64,000 nt of DNA from Candidatus Velthaea sp. (GCA_965214935.1 CBDCCS010000022.1:1-64000); one strand, 5' to 3'; shown: positions 42,031 to 51,793, numbered from the stretch's first letter. A program made the numbers and translations. Notes: a model not told the origin generated them from the letters alone.

Positions 42031-43359
42031 ATGGAACACGTTATCGCCGCACGCGCACAGATGGGAACGTCATTAGCGTTTCACATCGTGTTCGCTGCTT
42101 TGGGTGTCGGGCTGCCCTTACTCGTTTTTGCCGCCGAGAGTCTATGGCTGCGCACCAAAGATCGTGCGTATTACGACTTGGCGCGCGCGTGGGCGAAGGG
42201 AATGGCGATTTTGTTTGCCGTCGGTGCGGTCTCAGGAACGATCCTATCGTTCGAGCTGGGATTACTTTGGCCCGAATTTATGAAGTACGCCGGCGGCATC
42301 ATCGGCCTGCCGTTCTCACTCGAAGGTTTCGCGTTTTTTATCGAGGCGATCTTCATCGGTCTCTATCTGTACGGTTGGGACCGTTTATCGCCGCGCATGC
42401 ATTGGCTGGCGGCGGTTCCGATCGTCATCAGCGGACCGCTGTCGGCAGCGTTCATCACCATGGCAAACGCCTGGATGCAGATGCCGACCGGCTTTCGCAT
42501 CGTCAACGGCCATGTAAGCAACGTCGCGCCGCTCGTCGCGATGTTTGCCAAACCATGGCGTACCGAAGTCGTTCACGCAACGTTGGCCGCCTATGTATTC
42601 ACGAGCTTCGCCGTAGCGGCGGTTTGCGCGATTGCCTGGCTGCGCGGCGACCGGCGCCGCCTCGTCATCAAAGGCATGCAAGTTGCGATGACCCTTGCGG
42701 CAGTCGCGCTCCCCGTGCAAATGATCGTGGGTGACGTTGCGGCACGCTTCGTATCCGAAAACGAACCGGCGAAATTTGCGGCAATGGAAGCGGTTTACAA
42801 GACCGGCGGCCACGCCCCGATCACCATCGGCGGCATTCCCAGTGCGGACCACATCAGCTACGCAATTCAAATCCCCGAAATGCTCAGCGTGCTCGTCGCG
42901 CTCGATCCGAAAGCCGTGGTCGTCGGCTTCGACCGGATTGCCGACAACGATCGCCCGCCGATCCTCGCAACGCATCTTTCCTTCGATACGATGGTTGGAT
43001 CGGCGTCGGTTCTAACGCTCATCGTCCTAGGTTGGCTGTTCTTCGTCTTCCGCCGCATGCCGCTAACGCGCCCGCTCGGCTTTGCCGTTGCGCTCGGTGC
43101 ACCGCTTTCGCTCGCCGCGTTGGAAGCCGGCTGGTTCGTGACGGAATTCGGGCGGCAGCCATGGATTGCGCGCGGCTTGCTGCGAACCAGCGATGCGGTA
43201 ACCGCTGCGCCCGGCATCGAGCTGCAGTTTTACGGTTTTTCGTTCATCTACGTCGTGCTGGCCGTCATGTGCTGGTGGCTGCTGCGGCGCGTCGATCACG
43301 ATAGCGTCCAGGCCGGCCGGCGCGGTACGTCCGCCGGACGCGCTCCGGCAGCGACATGA
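42031..43359 (+). CDS. cydA: Cytochrome bd oxidase subunit I (short Q-loop)
   Basis: FHIVF, GAVSG, ANAWMQMP, PAKFAAME, EFGRQPW. Confidence 0.96.
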   Translation: MEHVIAARAQMGTSLAFHIVFAALGVGLPLLVFAAESLWLRTKDRAYYDLARAWAKGMAILFAVGAVSGTILSFELGLLWPEFMKYAGGIIGLPFSLEGFAFFIEAIFIGLYLYGWDRLSPRMHWLAAVPIVISGPLSAAFITMANAWMQMPTGFRIVNGHVSNVAPLVAMFAKPWRTEVVHATLAAYVFTSFAVAAVCAIAWLRGDRRRLVIKGMQVAMTLAAVALPVQMIVGDVAARFVSENEPAKFAAMEAVYKTGGHAPITIGGIPSADHISYAIQIPEMLSVLVALDPKAVVVGFDRIADNDRPPILATHLSFDTMVGSASVLTLIVLGWLFFVFRRMPLTRPLGFAVALGAPLSLAALEAGWFVTEFGRQPWIARGLLRTSDAVTAAPGIELQFYGFSFIYVVLAVMCWWLLRRVDHDSVQAGRRGTSAGRAPAAT

Positions 43360-44330
43360 CGCCGGTCGCGCTAGCGGCGCTCGTTGCGCTCGGTGCGCTC
43401 GTCCTCTACGCGGTGTTCGGGGGCGCCGATTTCGGCGGCGGCGTGTGGGATCTGCTTGCATCGGGACCGCGCCGCGATGCGCAACGCACGGCAATTACGG
43501 ACGCCATCGGACCGGTCTGGGAATCGAATCACGTTTGGTTGATTTTCGCCGTGGTAATTTTGTTCACGTGTTTTCCGCCGGCGTTCGCCGACATGGCGAC
43601 CGGTTTAAATGCGCCGTTATCTTTTGCACTCGTCGGCATCGTCATGCGCGGAGCCGCGTTCGTGTTTCGTAATTATGCGACTGATTCGCGGGCACTCGTG
43701 AACGTCTGGACGATCGTCTTCGGAATTGCATCGGTCGTCGCGCCGTTTTGGTTCGGCGATGCAATCGGCGCGCTCGCTACGGGCCGATATGCGTGGTTGT
43801 CGCCGTTTGCCATTTCGACCGGAGTCTTTGCGTTGGCGGTCTGCGCGCAAATTGCCGCCGTCTTTTTAGTCAGCGAAGTCGATGACCCGGCTTTACGCCA
43901 AGACTTCCGGCGACGCGGTATCTTCGCAACCGTCGCGGTGTGGATCGCCGGTCTATTGCCGACGGCGATTGCGTTCACGCACGAGCCGCGGCTCTTCGCC
44001 GGCTTTCTGGGGCTGCCGGCACTCGTTGCGATCGGCAGTGCGATTGTGCTCGGACTCGTGGTCATGTTCGCGCTGACTGCCCGCTGGTCGATCGGCGCGC
44101 GGGTTGCCGTCGGTTGTGAAGCATTGGCGATTTTAGCCGGGTGGTTTGCTGCCCAAGCGCCCGAAATTATTCCCGGCCGCTTCACGTACGTGCAAGCCGC
44201 CTCGAGCGACGCGATGCTCGTTGCCTTTCTCACCGCTGCTGCGATCGGCGCGCTGCTGCTCGTGCCATCCATGTTGCTGCTCTTCGCCGTTTTCAAGGGA
44301 CCGCGCCGAACGCCGACACCGCAAGCGTAG
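43356..44330 (+). CDS. cydB: Cytochrome bd oxidase subunit II
   Basis: GGADFGGG, GPVWESNHVWLI. Confidence 0.95.
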   Translation: MTPVALAALVALGALVLYAVFGGADFGGGVWDLLASGPRRDAQRTAITDAIGPVWESNHVWLIFAVVILFTCFPPAFADMATGLNAPLSFALVGIVMRGAAFVFRNYATDSRALVNVWTIVFGIASVVAPFWFGDAIGALATGRYAWLSPFAISTGVFALAVCAQIAAVFLVSEVDDPALRQDFRRRGIFATVAVWIAGLLPTAIAFTHEPRLFAGFLGLPALVAIGSAIVLGLVVMFALTARWSIGARVAVGCEALAILAGWFAAQAPEIIPGRFTYVQAASSDAMLVAFLTAAAIGALLLVPSMLLLFAVFKGPRRTPTPQA

Positions 44331-44405
44331 CAACGCCGATAATCCGTCGAAATCGGCAGATCGATCGACGCCAGATATCGTGGGTGAATAATCGTACGGC
44401 GGGAA

Positions 44406-45431
44406 ATGCAAAGAGGTATGAAGATCGATCGACCCGCCTTTCTCGCCGCGGCTGCAGCGGTCGCCGGACAAGCCGCACTGGGACGCGCTGCAAATGCGAT
44501 GACGGCTTCGAGCCCCTTACCAAAACGCCGGCTCGGCCGAACGAATGCAATGGTTACCATCATCGGCATGGGCGGCTTTCATATCGGCAAAGCCGACCTA
44601 CCGGCGGGCGATGCCGTGATGCTCATACATGCCGGCATCGATCGCGGGATTACTTTCATGGACAATTCATGGGATTATAACTCGGGTGCAAGTGAACTAC
44701 GCATGGGTCAAGCGCTCAACGTCGGCGGTTATCGGGATAAAGTCTTTCTGATGACCAAGATTGACGGCCGAACGAAATCGGCTGCACAAAAACAGATCGA
44801 GCAGTCGCTGTCGCGGCTCTTAACCGACCGCATCGATCTGGTGCAAGTGCACGAGAACATACGACCCGATGATGCCGATCGGGTGTTTGCACCCGGTGGT
44901 GCCATCGAAGCGCTTATCGAAGCGAAAAAAGCCGGCAAGATCCGTTTCATCGGTTTTACCGGACATAAGACTCCGGCGTATCACTTGCACATGATCGACG
45001 TTGCGACGAAAAACGGCTTTACGTTCGACACCGTACAGATGCCCCTTAATGTCATGGATGCGCACTATAACAGCTTTGAAAAGCTCGTTCTCCCGGTGGC
45101 CGAGAAACTCGATATGGGTGTGATCGGAATGAAGACCTTCGGCGATCATCATATTCTCGATACCGGCCTTGTCGATCCGGTCAGTATGCTGCATTACGGT
45201 ATGAATCTTCCGACCAGTGTCGTCGTCACCGGTATCGATAAGCCGGCAGTGCTCGACCAGGCAATCGTCGCAGCAACGACGTTCCGTCCGCTTAGCGACG
45301 CTCAAGTCGCCGCCATCTTGTCGAAGACGGCACAAGTCGCTTCCACAGGCTCGACCGAACTCTACAAGACGACGCACGTGTTCGATGGTACGATACAAAA
45401 CCCGCAATGGCTCGAAGCAGCGCAGGTCTAG
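44406..45431 (+). CDS. Aldo/keto reductase with a Tat-like leader
   Basis: RRLGRT, DNSWDY, SL.RL.TD.IDL, GKIRFIG; N-terminal DRPAFLAAAAA. Confidence 0.92.
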   Translation: MQRGMKIDRPAFLAAAAAVAGQAALGRAANAMTASSPLPKRRLGRTNAMVTIIGMGGFHIGKADLPAGDAVMLIHAGIDRGITFMDNSWDYNSGASELRMGQALNVGGYRDKVFLMTKIDGRTKSAAQKQIEQSLSRLLTDRIDLVQVHENIRPDDADRVFAPGGAIEALIEAKKAGKIRFIGFTGHKTPAYHLHMIDVATKNGFTFDTVQMPLNVMDAHYNSFEKLVLPVAEKLDMGVIGMKTFGDHHILDTGLVDPVSMLHYGMNLPTSVVVTGIDKPAVLDQAIVAATTFRPLSDAQVAAILSKTAQVASTGSTELYKTTHVFDGTIQNPQWLEAAQV

Positions 45432-45481
45432 GTGCATCACGATTAAACGCTAGCCCGGACGTCCGTTAATTTTCGGCAAAT

Positions 45482-45518
45482 CGGCGAACACGCTACGTGT
45501 GCTCGCCGGTTTTTTTTT
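45482..45518 (+). terminator. Intrinsic terminator after the aldo/keto reductase
   Basis: cggcga-acac-gctac-gtgt-gc-tcgccg hairpin followed by T9. Confidence 0.75.
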
Positions 45519-45791
45519 GCCGATATCATGCACGTCGTCGTCGGCAAACCGAGCACGGCGCGCGCAAGCAGCGCAGCGCGCGCTGTTGCTCGCCAAGGCA
45601 AGTGAGTTAAATCTGCGCAACGGCTCAGTGCGTTTAGTAGAGCATCGCAAATAAAGACCAACATTTGCGGCCCGCGATGATCGAGTTCGTTATGTAAATT
45701 TCTGTCATTGATTACGCATTGGGCTTCGATGTGCTTAACAGCATGCATCAGTGCGCCACCTTCACTCACTTGTAATTAAAGGAACACTAAC

Positions 45792-46019
45792 ATGTCATCT
45801 CTGCTCTCGATTTTTCTTGCGCTTTCGTCAATGCTCGGAGTGCAGTCAGGGTCGAACGGACCTAGCGCAATGACGCAGCGCAATGCTGCATTGTCCGGCG
45901 GCGGACCGGTCGGCAGAACGGCCGATAGCGGCGGCGGCCCTGTGGGTAAAATAAACGTAAGCGGTGGCGGCCCGGTCGGCAAAAGCAAGAAGAGCGGCGG
46001 CGGTCCTGTGGGCAAATAA
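45792..46019 (+). CDS. Small putative secreted prepeptide with four SGGGPVG[K/R] repeats
   Basis: AAGGA RBS upstream; hydrophobic N-terminus LLSIFLALSSML; repeats at 45894, 45927, 45960 and 45993 differ only synonymously. Confidence 0.85.
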   Translation: MSSLLSIFLALSSMLGVQSGSNGPSAMTQRNAALSGGGPVGRTADSGGGPVGKINVSGGGPVGKSKKSGGGPVGK

Positions 46020-46029
46020 GCGGTGATTT

Positions 46030-46064
46030 GACGAGCGCAGCGTACCGATCGTACGCTGCTCGTC
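46030..46064 (+). terminator. Stem-loop after the peptide gene
   Basis: gacga..gcagcgtac-cgatc-gtacgctgc-tcgtc; no long U tract. Confidence 0.55.
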
Positions 46065-46147
46065 GCTTACTCGAACGACAACCCAAGGCTGCAACGGTTA
46101 AGTTTTCTCCGATACTGAAAAGTCGAAAGGCTCTCGGTTAATTTAAG

Positions 46148-47821
46148 TTGGAAACATTAGGTGTCGTGTTAGCCAGCAATGAGTCGCCGCTTAGCACTTC
46201 TATCGGCGGCCTACAAGCGAATGGTAGTTCCGATACGGCCGTAGCTTGTATCGCCGAAGCACTTCAGCTTTGGAGCGCCGGTAACTTCGATGCCTGCATC
46301 GAAGAAACGGGGAAGCTGGCACTCAACAGCCATACGTCCGAGAGCATTTTTATTCGAGCACGCGCATTGCTGCGTGTGAATCGCGCGGCTGACGCCGAGA
46401 CGTGGCTTCGCATGATGCAGTCGCATCATCCGACCGAAGACGCGCTTGCCACGCATAACATGCTCTTGGGTAACGCCTGCGCACGGCTCAATGATTTCCA
46501 GCACGCAACCACGCTGTTCGACCGCGCACGATCGGTCGCGCCGCATCCGTCGATCGTTGCCGAAACGGCCTATTATCACGCTTTAGCGCTTTGGCAGTCG
46601 AGGGATTTCCGTGCGGCGCGCAAGATACTGCAGCCGGCATTGGCCGCCAAGCAAGATTTTATCTCGGCCCGTTCCGAGCAGTTACTTGGCTTCATTGCCA
46701 TTGCCGAGGGCAAGTTCGAAGAAGCCTGCACGCACTTTTGGTCGGGACTTGAATCGCTCAAAGGCTGCGTCGCTCGCGATCTCCATCTCGAAGCGACCAT
46801 TCTCCATCAACTTTCGATTTGCGGCTCCGAAGCCGTACTGTCGCATCCGCGGCAAATCGACGAACGTGTCCACAGTTTGCAGTGGACGGCGAATCTCGTT
46901 ATGGAGCAGGTGCAAACGCTGCGTCACATTGGGCTGGCGTACGCCCGATTGGGCGATTCGCAAACCGCCATTACGCGCTTCATTGAAGCCGGCGACGTCA
47001 TGCCGTGTTCGCCTTGGGCCGTTATCGGTTATACAGAAGCTGCGAATTTGTGCTATCAGCTTGATGAACCGGTCGGCGCAGGCGGCTATCTGCGTATCGC
47101 GCGCCTGGTCGCCGATCGACATGTCCGCTGGCAGGGCATCGACGGTGAAGGCCGGCTTGCACTGCTTCAATTAGCAACCGTCGTTGCGCGCAGCGGCGAT
47201 GGTGAACAGGCCCAGAGATACCTCGATCATTACCATGAAACCGAGCGGCCCGGTTCCGGGCTTCCGACGTTGAGCGCCCTGCATCTCGACCTGCGCCTTC
47301 AATGCTTCGAGCGACACGCGCAAGGTGTCGTTCACGGGGCGCGACGGCTCAACGACGCGTCGGCCTTACTTTCGGACGTTGCGTCGGCGTGGCAACGTCT
47401 CAAATACTGTTTTCGAGCCGATGAGGCGCGGAACGACACGCGCATGATTACGCACCGCTCGTATAGCTACGTTGCGCCAAGTCCGCAAACGAACGGCGTT
47501 GCAAACGACGAACGCGACATCGCCGTTTCGGCAGCGGCGTTGCCCGCGTCCGCGACGGTCAAAGAACGTAAAACGTCATACTGTTTCGGGCCCGAGCGCA
47601 CGAAGCGTATTACGATAACGGAGCGCCAAGACGCGGTCATTCGATTGATCGTTACCGGCCGCTCGATCGAGGACATCGCTGACGAACTCGGCCTTCAGCC
47701 CAAGACCGTGCGCAATCACCTGAGCAATCTGTATGTCATGTTCGGCGTCGACGGTCAGTTGCAGCTCGTTGCTACGATCTGGAGCGATCCGTCTTTGCGT
47801 AGATGCTTTGCCGCAGCTTAG
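46148..47821 (+). CDS. Regulator with TPR-like helical repeats and a C-terminal LuxR-type HTH
   Basis: Repeated helical motifs (LLGNACARLNDFQHATTLFDRA; IGLAYARLGDSQTAITRFIEA); ITERQDAVIRLIVTGRSIEDIADELGLQPKTVRNHLSNLY. Confidence 0.88.
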   Translation: METLGVVLASNESPLSTSIGGLQANGSSDTAVACIAEALQLWSAGNFDACIEETGKLALNSHTSESIFIRARALLRVNRAADAETWLRMMQSHHPTEDALATHNMLLGNACARLNDFQHATTLFDRARSVAPHPSIVAETAYYHALALWQSRDFRAARKILQPALAAKQDFISARSEQLLGFIAIAEGKFEEACTHFWSGLESLKGCVARDLHLEATILHQLSICGSEAVLSHPRQIDERVHSLQWTANLVMEQVQTLRHIGLAYARLGDSQTAITRFIEAGDVMPCSPWAVIGYTEAANLCYQLDEPVGAGGYLRIARLVADRHVRWQGIDGEGRLALLQLATVVARSGDGEQAQRYLDHYHETERPGSGLPTLSALHLDLRLQCFERHAQGVVHGARRLNDASALLSDVASAWQRLKYCFRADEARNDTRMITHRSYSYVAPSPQTNGVANDERDIAVSAAALPASATVKERKTSYCFGPERTKRITITERQDAVIRLIVTGRSIEDIADELGLQPKTVRNHLSNLYVMFGVDGQLQLVATIWSDPSLRRCFAAA

Positions 47822-48306
47822 TCGCCGCTAACGCAGCAGCGCGCACCGGCCGGGACACAACCGGGACAGTTGCCCATAGAAACGCGATCGTCATAACCGG
47901 ATCGGCGGAACTCAGCGGTAGATGCCCCTGGTCCGGCGCACGTTGCGCCGTTACGATAAGTGAAATCCTTATCGACCGCCGTTGCGGCGCAGGTGGCAGC
48001 TACGAGTCTCACGTCACGAATTCTCCAAGCGGACCTGCCGGCCGGTTCGGCGCCTTTCCGTAACGTACAAACACACGCTGCGCTTCGCCGTGTTTCGCCG
48101 CTACCGCTCGCGACGATCGCGGCAACCGCGCTGTTCGAGGCGGATGCTCGCAATTCGACGGCAGCGGCCTATCCGATACGAAAGCAGCGCTTATGCAAAC
48201 GTTGGGAGATTCAAAGGCGCATTCGACGAATCGTACCTGCCCGCACGTCCGGCGCTTTACGTGCGTTGTCCCACCGTCTCGTCATGCGCGGGCGTTGAAC
48301 TAAGCA

Positions 48307-48618
48307 ATGCTGCTTCCGGAACGCAACAGCGCGATTCTACCCGTGTTAACGCAGTGGGCGCAAAACGCGATCGTCATTCTCGAGCTTGAAGTAAACGATC
48401 GCGATCTGCGCGCGTTTACGCACACTCAGCGCCAAGCGGCAATCTCGAATTTCATTGCCAATCTGCTCCATCTCGCCGAACGTGAAGGTTTCGATGCCGA
48501 CGCAATTTATCGCAGCGGGTTGGCAACCTTCGCGAACGAGCGCAGAGCGCCGATGCCCTCACCATACGCGGCAAGCAGCCCGCGCACGACCGCCCGCGTT
48601 GCAACGGCAATCGAATAA
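48307..48618 (+). CDS. Hypothetical protein
   Basis: Clean 103-aa ORF with an amphipathic helical core (IANLLHLAEREGFDADAIYRSGL). Confidence 0.6.
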   Translation: MLLPERNSAILPVLTQWAQNAIVILELEVNDRDLRAFTHTQRQAAISNFIANLLHLAEREGFDADAIYRSGLATFANERRAPMPSPYAASSPRTTARVATAIE

Positions 48619-48640
48619 CGTGCGGCCCAAACGGCGCCCG

Positions 48641-51600
48641 CTATTCAGGATCGGCGAAGAGTAGTTCGAGATCGTCGCGCGTGAGCGACTTCGCGACGGC
48701 ACTATCGGCTTTGATGACCGCCTTCGAAAGCGCGCTCTTACGTTCGGCCAGCGCGCGAATCTTTTCTTCCACCGAACCGGCAGTGACCATGCGATAGGCG
48801 GTTACGGGCCGTGTTTGCCCGATCCGGTGCGTTCGGTCGATGGCTTGCCGTTCGACAGCGGGATTCCACCACGGATCGTACAGCACGACGTAATCGGCAG
48901 CCGTCAATGTAAGACCGACGCCGCCGGCTTTGAGCGAACACAGGAACACGGGTGGTCCGGCCGGATCCATGAAACGCTCGACTTCCGCTTGACGGTCGCG
49001 ATCCTTGGTCGATCCATCAAGGTAGCCGTAGCCGATCGAGCGCTTATCCATTGCGCCGCGCATGATCTTGAGCATCGAGGCAAAAGCGCTGAACACGAGC
49101 ACGCGATGGCCGCCCGACAACACTTCTTCGACCGTCTCTAAAAACGCATCGAACTTACCGCTCGCCTCGGGTTCATCGATGTACGACGGGACGATCAAAC
49201 CCGGATGTGCGCACACTTGGCGCAAGCGCGTGAGCGCCGCCAGCACATGAACGCTCGCACCCTCGATCGCTCCATCTTCATCGAGCTTTGCCAGCACATC
49301 GCGCCGCGCGGCCTCGGCGATGCCGCGATACAACCGGCGCTGCAACGGTGACAGCTCGCATTCGATAATTTGCTCGGTCCGCTCGGGCAACTCGCGCGCG
49401 ACATCTTCTTTGGTGCGGCGCAGCACGAACGGTTCGAGCCGCGAGCGCAAAGCATGCGCCGCTTTTTCATCGCCTTCACCGATCGGGTGTTCGAACCGCC
49501 GTCGAAATGACGACTCGGAACCGAGTAAACCCGGTTCGACGAAGGCAAAGATCGCCCACAAGTCACGCAGCGAATTTTCGACCGGCGTACCGGTCAGCGC
49601 CAAACGGTGATGCGCGTTGAGATTGCGAACGACTTTGGCGATCTGCGAACTCGGGTTCTTGGCATTCTGCGCTTCATCGAGAATGAGCGTCCGAAACGTA
49701 AAGCGTTCGAGTTGGGCGGCATCGAGCCGGGCCAGAGCGTACGACGTGATGATCACGTCGTGATGTTGAATTTCCTCAAAGCGCTGCGCGCGTTCGGCAC
49801 CCGACTGTAAACGCAAAATGCTTAGTTCGGGTGCAAAGCGGTTTATTTCGCTTTCCCATGTATGCGTAACGGATGTCGGCGCAATGACCAGCGACGGTGC
49901 CGCGCCTTCGTCCTGTTTACGTTTAAGTAAATAGGTCACGACTTGTAGCGTCTTACCTAAGCCCATTTCATCGGCTAAGATGCCGCCGAATTGAAACGAG
50001 CTTAAATATGATAGAAAGTCTAAGCCGCGGCGCTGATAGCCGCGTAAGGTATCTTTGAGCGCTTCGGGCGGTTCGACTTCTTCGATGCCTGCGAACTCGC
50101 GCAAACGGTCACGCAGCCGTTCAACTTCTTGCGGCAGCGTGACGTTGGCGAAGCTCTCGTGCAGTTCATCGCGCAAAGCGACGAGCGCAGCTAGTCCGTT
50201 GCGTTTGCGATCGGTGATATCGCTGAGCAAGTTGCTTTGGCTGCGCAGTTTCGCTACGTCGAAAAGCTTACCGCGTACTTCGGCATACCGGCCGCTCGAG
50301 GCGAGCAATGCAGCGAGTTCTTTCGGCGTAAGCGGCTCGCCGCCGCCGACGAACACATCGACGTTGAGCTCGAACCAGTCGTTACTTTCACCTTCGGTCG
50401 CCGACGGCCGCGCGGAGACCGCAATATCGATGGCATCGCCTTCGCCGGTAAGCGCGCTGAGCGACTCGTCGAGACGCACTTCGACATCGTCCCACTCGGG
50501 CAGCGAATCGCGGATGAGCGTCGCTGCGCGTTCGGCATCGTAAAGCGCAAAACCATCGCCGCCGCGGGGTACGAAGCCGGCATCGATAAAGCGTTTGGCA
50601 AACGCTTGGGCAGCGGCCGGTGCGAAGCGAATGAACCGGCCTTCGATCGAGGCGATACCGCCGTGCGTCGAGAACGGCGCGCGGCCGCCGGTGCCTTTGT
50701 CGATGAACGAAAGCCGCGCGAAGAGCGCGCCGTCACGCCAGGCCATACGAGCGGCAAGCGCGGGACTGATGGCATCGACGACGCCCAGCGCAGCCCGGTC
50801 GTCGGCCGTCAAGAACGCCGCGACGCGGGCGATCGCCGACGTCGACGGAGCGTGAGGAATGATTCCGTTGGTCGTGGGAACCGCATCCGCGGCGCTGATC
50901 GCCCGCCGAACGTCGAACGATCCGTCAAGCAGATACGCAACGCGATCGGCAATAAGCCAACGCGGCGGCCCGTCGATAACGAGCGCTCCGGCAGGTGAGA
51001 AGCGCGAGCCGTCGGCCCGTTCGAGCTTTGGTACGAAGCGTTCGGCATACCGCGCGGCGCGCAGCCGGACACCGCGCAGGTCGATCGAGAACGCTTGCAA
51101 CTCGGCAGGATGCCGATTTTCACCCGGACGATCGTCGAAGCGCAGCCGCGGATGGCGCGTCAGGCGGAACATCGCGCGCGCCAGGGCTTTCGTCGAAAGC
51201 CGCGAGCCGAAAGCTTCTTGAACGGCTTCGTCGCGGATCAATTCGCGATCCGCATCATCCCAATCGTCGGGCGGTGTCGATTCCATCATCGAAAGGATCG
51301 ATTCGGCATCCCGGATGACGCCGCGCAACCGCGGAGTATCGAGATACAAAGCGCCGGTGACGGTTTTGCCGTCGGCACAGCCGAGCACCGGCCAAACACT
51401 GCGCGCGCGCGGCCGGCCCGATTCCATTTCAGTGTCGGGCAGCCAAGCGTAATCTTCGTCATCGTCCGGAATGCCGCCGGCGACCGCCGGCAACGGCGCG
51501 GCACTCGTCGTGCGGACGGTTTCGAGCGTCGCGACGACATGCTCGCAAATGCCCGTTACACCGCACGTGCACAAGCTGCGCAAGGCTTGCGGCCCGGTTC

Positions 51601-51793
51601 CCGTCGCCCACTCGACGGTAACATTGACGCCGCCCTTATCTTTGACGGCCGCTTCGATTTTGGCATCTTCAACCGCACGCAACACGACGCGGTTGGTGTC
51701 GGCAAGCGTCAGCGCTGCGCGCGTGAGATCGCGGGCAAACCAATTGCCGATCTGCGCCGGAAGCCGCGAACGCCAGGTAGCAAACGGAGTCAC
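48641..51793 (-). CDS. SWIM zinc finger + SNF2 helicase
   Basis: CTC..CEH; LADEMGLGKT, DEAQ, LTGTPVEN, DPWWNP, QAIDRTHRIGQ. Confidence 0.96.
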   Translation of the reverse strand: MTPFATWRSRLPAQIGNWFARDLTRAALTLADTNRVVLRAVEDAKIEAAVKDKGGVNVTVEWATGTGPQALRSLCTCGVTGICEHVVATLETVRTTSAAPLPAVAGGIPDDDEDYAWLPDTEMESGRPRARSVWPVLGCADGKTVTGALYLDTPRLRGVIRDAESILSMMESTPPDDWDDADRELIRDEAVQEAFGSRLSTKALARAMFRLTRHPRLRFDDRPGENRHPAELQAFSIDLRGVRLRAARYAERFVPKLERADGSRFSPAGALVIDGPPRWLIADRVAYLLDGSFDVRRAISAADAVPTTNGIIPHAPSTSAIARVAAFLTADDRAALGVVDAISPALAARMAWRDGALFARLSFIDKGTGGRAPFSTHGGIASIEGRFIRFAPAAAQAFAKRFIDAGFVPRGGDGFALYDAERAATLIRDSLPEWDDVEVRLDESLSALTGEGDAIDIAVSARPSATEGESNDWFELNVDVFVGGGEPLTPKELAALLASSGRYAEVRGKLFDVAKLRSQSNLLSDITDRKRNGLAALVALRDELHESFANVTLPQEVERLRDRLREFAGIEEVEPPEALKDTLRGYQRRGLDFLSYLSSFQFGGILADEMGLGKTLQVVTYLLKRKQDEGAAPSLVIAPTSVTHTWESEINRFAPELSILRLQSGAERAQRFEEIQHHDVIITSYALARLDAAQLERFTFRTLILDEAQNAKNPSSQIAKVVRNLNAHHRLALTGTPVENSLRDLWAIFAFVEPGLLGSESSFRRRFEHPIGEGDEKAAHALRSRLEPFVLRRTKEDVARELPERTEQIIECELSPLQRRLYRGIAEAARRDVLAKLDEDGAIEGASVHVLAALTRLRQVCAHPGLIVPSYIDEPEASGKFDAFLETVEEVLSGGHRVLVFSAFASMLKIMRGAMDKRSIGYGYLDGSTKDRDRQAEVERFMDPAGPPVFLCSLKAGGVGLTLTAADYVVLYDPWWNPAVERQAIDRTHRIGQTRPVTAYRMVTAGSVEEKIRALAERKSALSKAVIKADSAVAKSLTRDDLELLFADPE

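Noticed and set aside
45776..46015. Minus-strand 79-aa ORF with PTGPPP repeats
   Set aside because: Antisense shadow of the plus ORF, which has the RBS, hydrophobic leader and downstream hairpin.
45894..46016. 33-bp periodic repeat as a mini-CRISPR array
   Set aside because: Units vary at synonymous codon positions, spacers are only ~12 bp, and there are no cas genes; it is a coding repeat.
48641..51793. SNF2 helicase as part of an anti-phage system
   Set aside because: Stand-alone SWIM-SNF2 architecture next to clpC, with no methylase, nuclease or other defence partners.
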